A DNA stretch of 63,675 nucleotides, counting the filler, from Octopus bimaculoides (taxonomy: Eukaryota): NCBI RefSeq assembly GCF_001194135.2. It is 5 parts of 4 records of this genome, joined end to end, with 100 filler letters (N's around TTAATTAATTAA, not from the genome) between each part and the next. Parts side by side here need not be neighbours in the genome. Positions count along the whole stretch, not along the records: positions 48,418 to 63,675 come from NC_069002.1; 4 more parts are not named here. One strand, 5' to 3'. Positions 63,657 to 63,675 of the stretch are shown one piece after another. Below the pieces are notes generated by a model. That model made no database searches. It saw only the letters and a program-made list of their open reading frames with translations, and was not told the DNA's origin. Numbering within the stretch: position 1 is the stretch's first letter; each line of letters begins with the position of its first letter. The position numbers and the translations under genes are program-made.

Positions 63657-63675
63657 GATGATGATGATGATGATG
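62749..63675. repeat. Cluster of (TAA)n, (TGA)n and (AAG)n tracts; (AAG)n at 63048-63180
   Basis: Direct reading; source of the poly-K/F/N/D ORFs. Confidence 0.95.

Overview
This is a repeat-saturated, AT-rich animal genomic window with many N gaps. The SINE families, microsatellite load and transposon relics look like a coleoid cephalopod (Octopus-like); this is an inference from remembered repeat families, not a database result. Only one host coding exon is well supported: a 108-nt, phase-1/phase-1 plus-strand exon at 22888-22995 encoding (G)LYCNGTFDSILCWPATKAGEVVRQKCPRLRGLDPN. That is part of the hormone-binding ectodomain of a class B1 (secretin-family) GPCR, most like the PDF receptor. 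No other exon of this gene could be found, so the window is probably two very large introns, or other exons lie in gaps. The rest is transposable-element debris: several RLE-type (R4/Dong-like) non-LTR retrotransposon fragments abutting specific microsatellites, Penelope-like fragments, a DD34D mariner, a maT/DD37D-like transposon, APE-type LINE fragments, and about 30 tRNA-derived SINE copies from at least five families. The long ORFs in the track are microsatellite, gap or TE artefacts. The most unusual element is at 13213-13596: a tRNA-headed SINE-like unit whose 3' part carries a Penelope-type minimal hammerhead ribozyme, preceded by an inverted copy of that 3' part with a near-intact ribozyme. 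Four 100-bp gaps contain an artificial TTAATTAATTAA six-frame-stop linker. No CRISPR array, rRNA or true tRNA gene is present.
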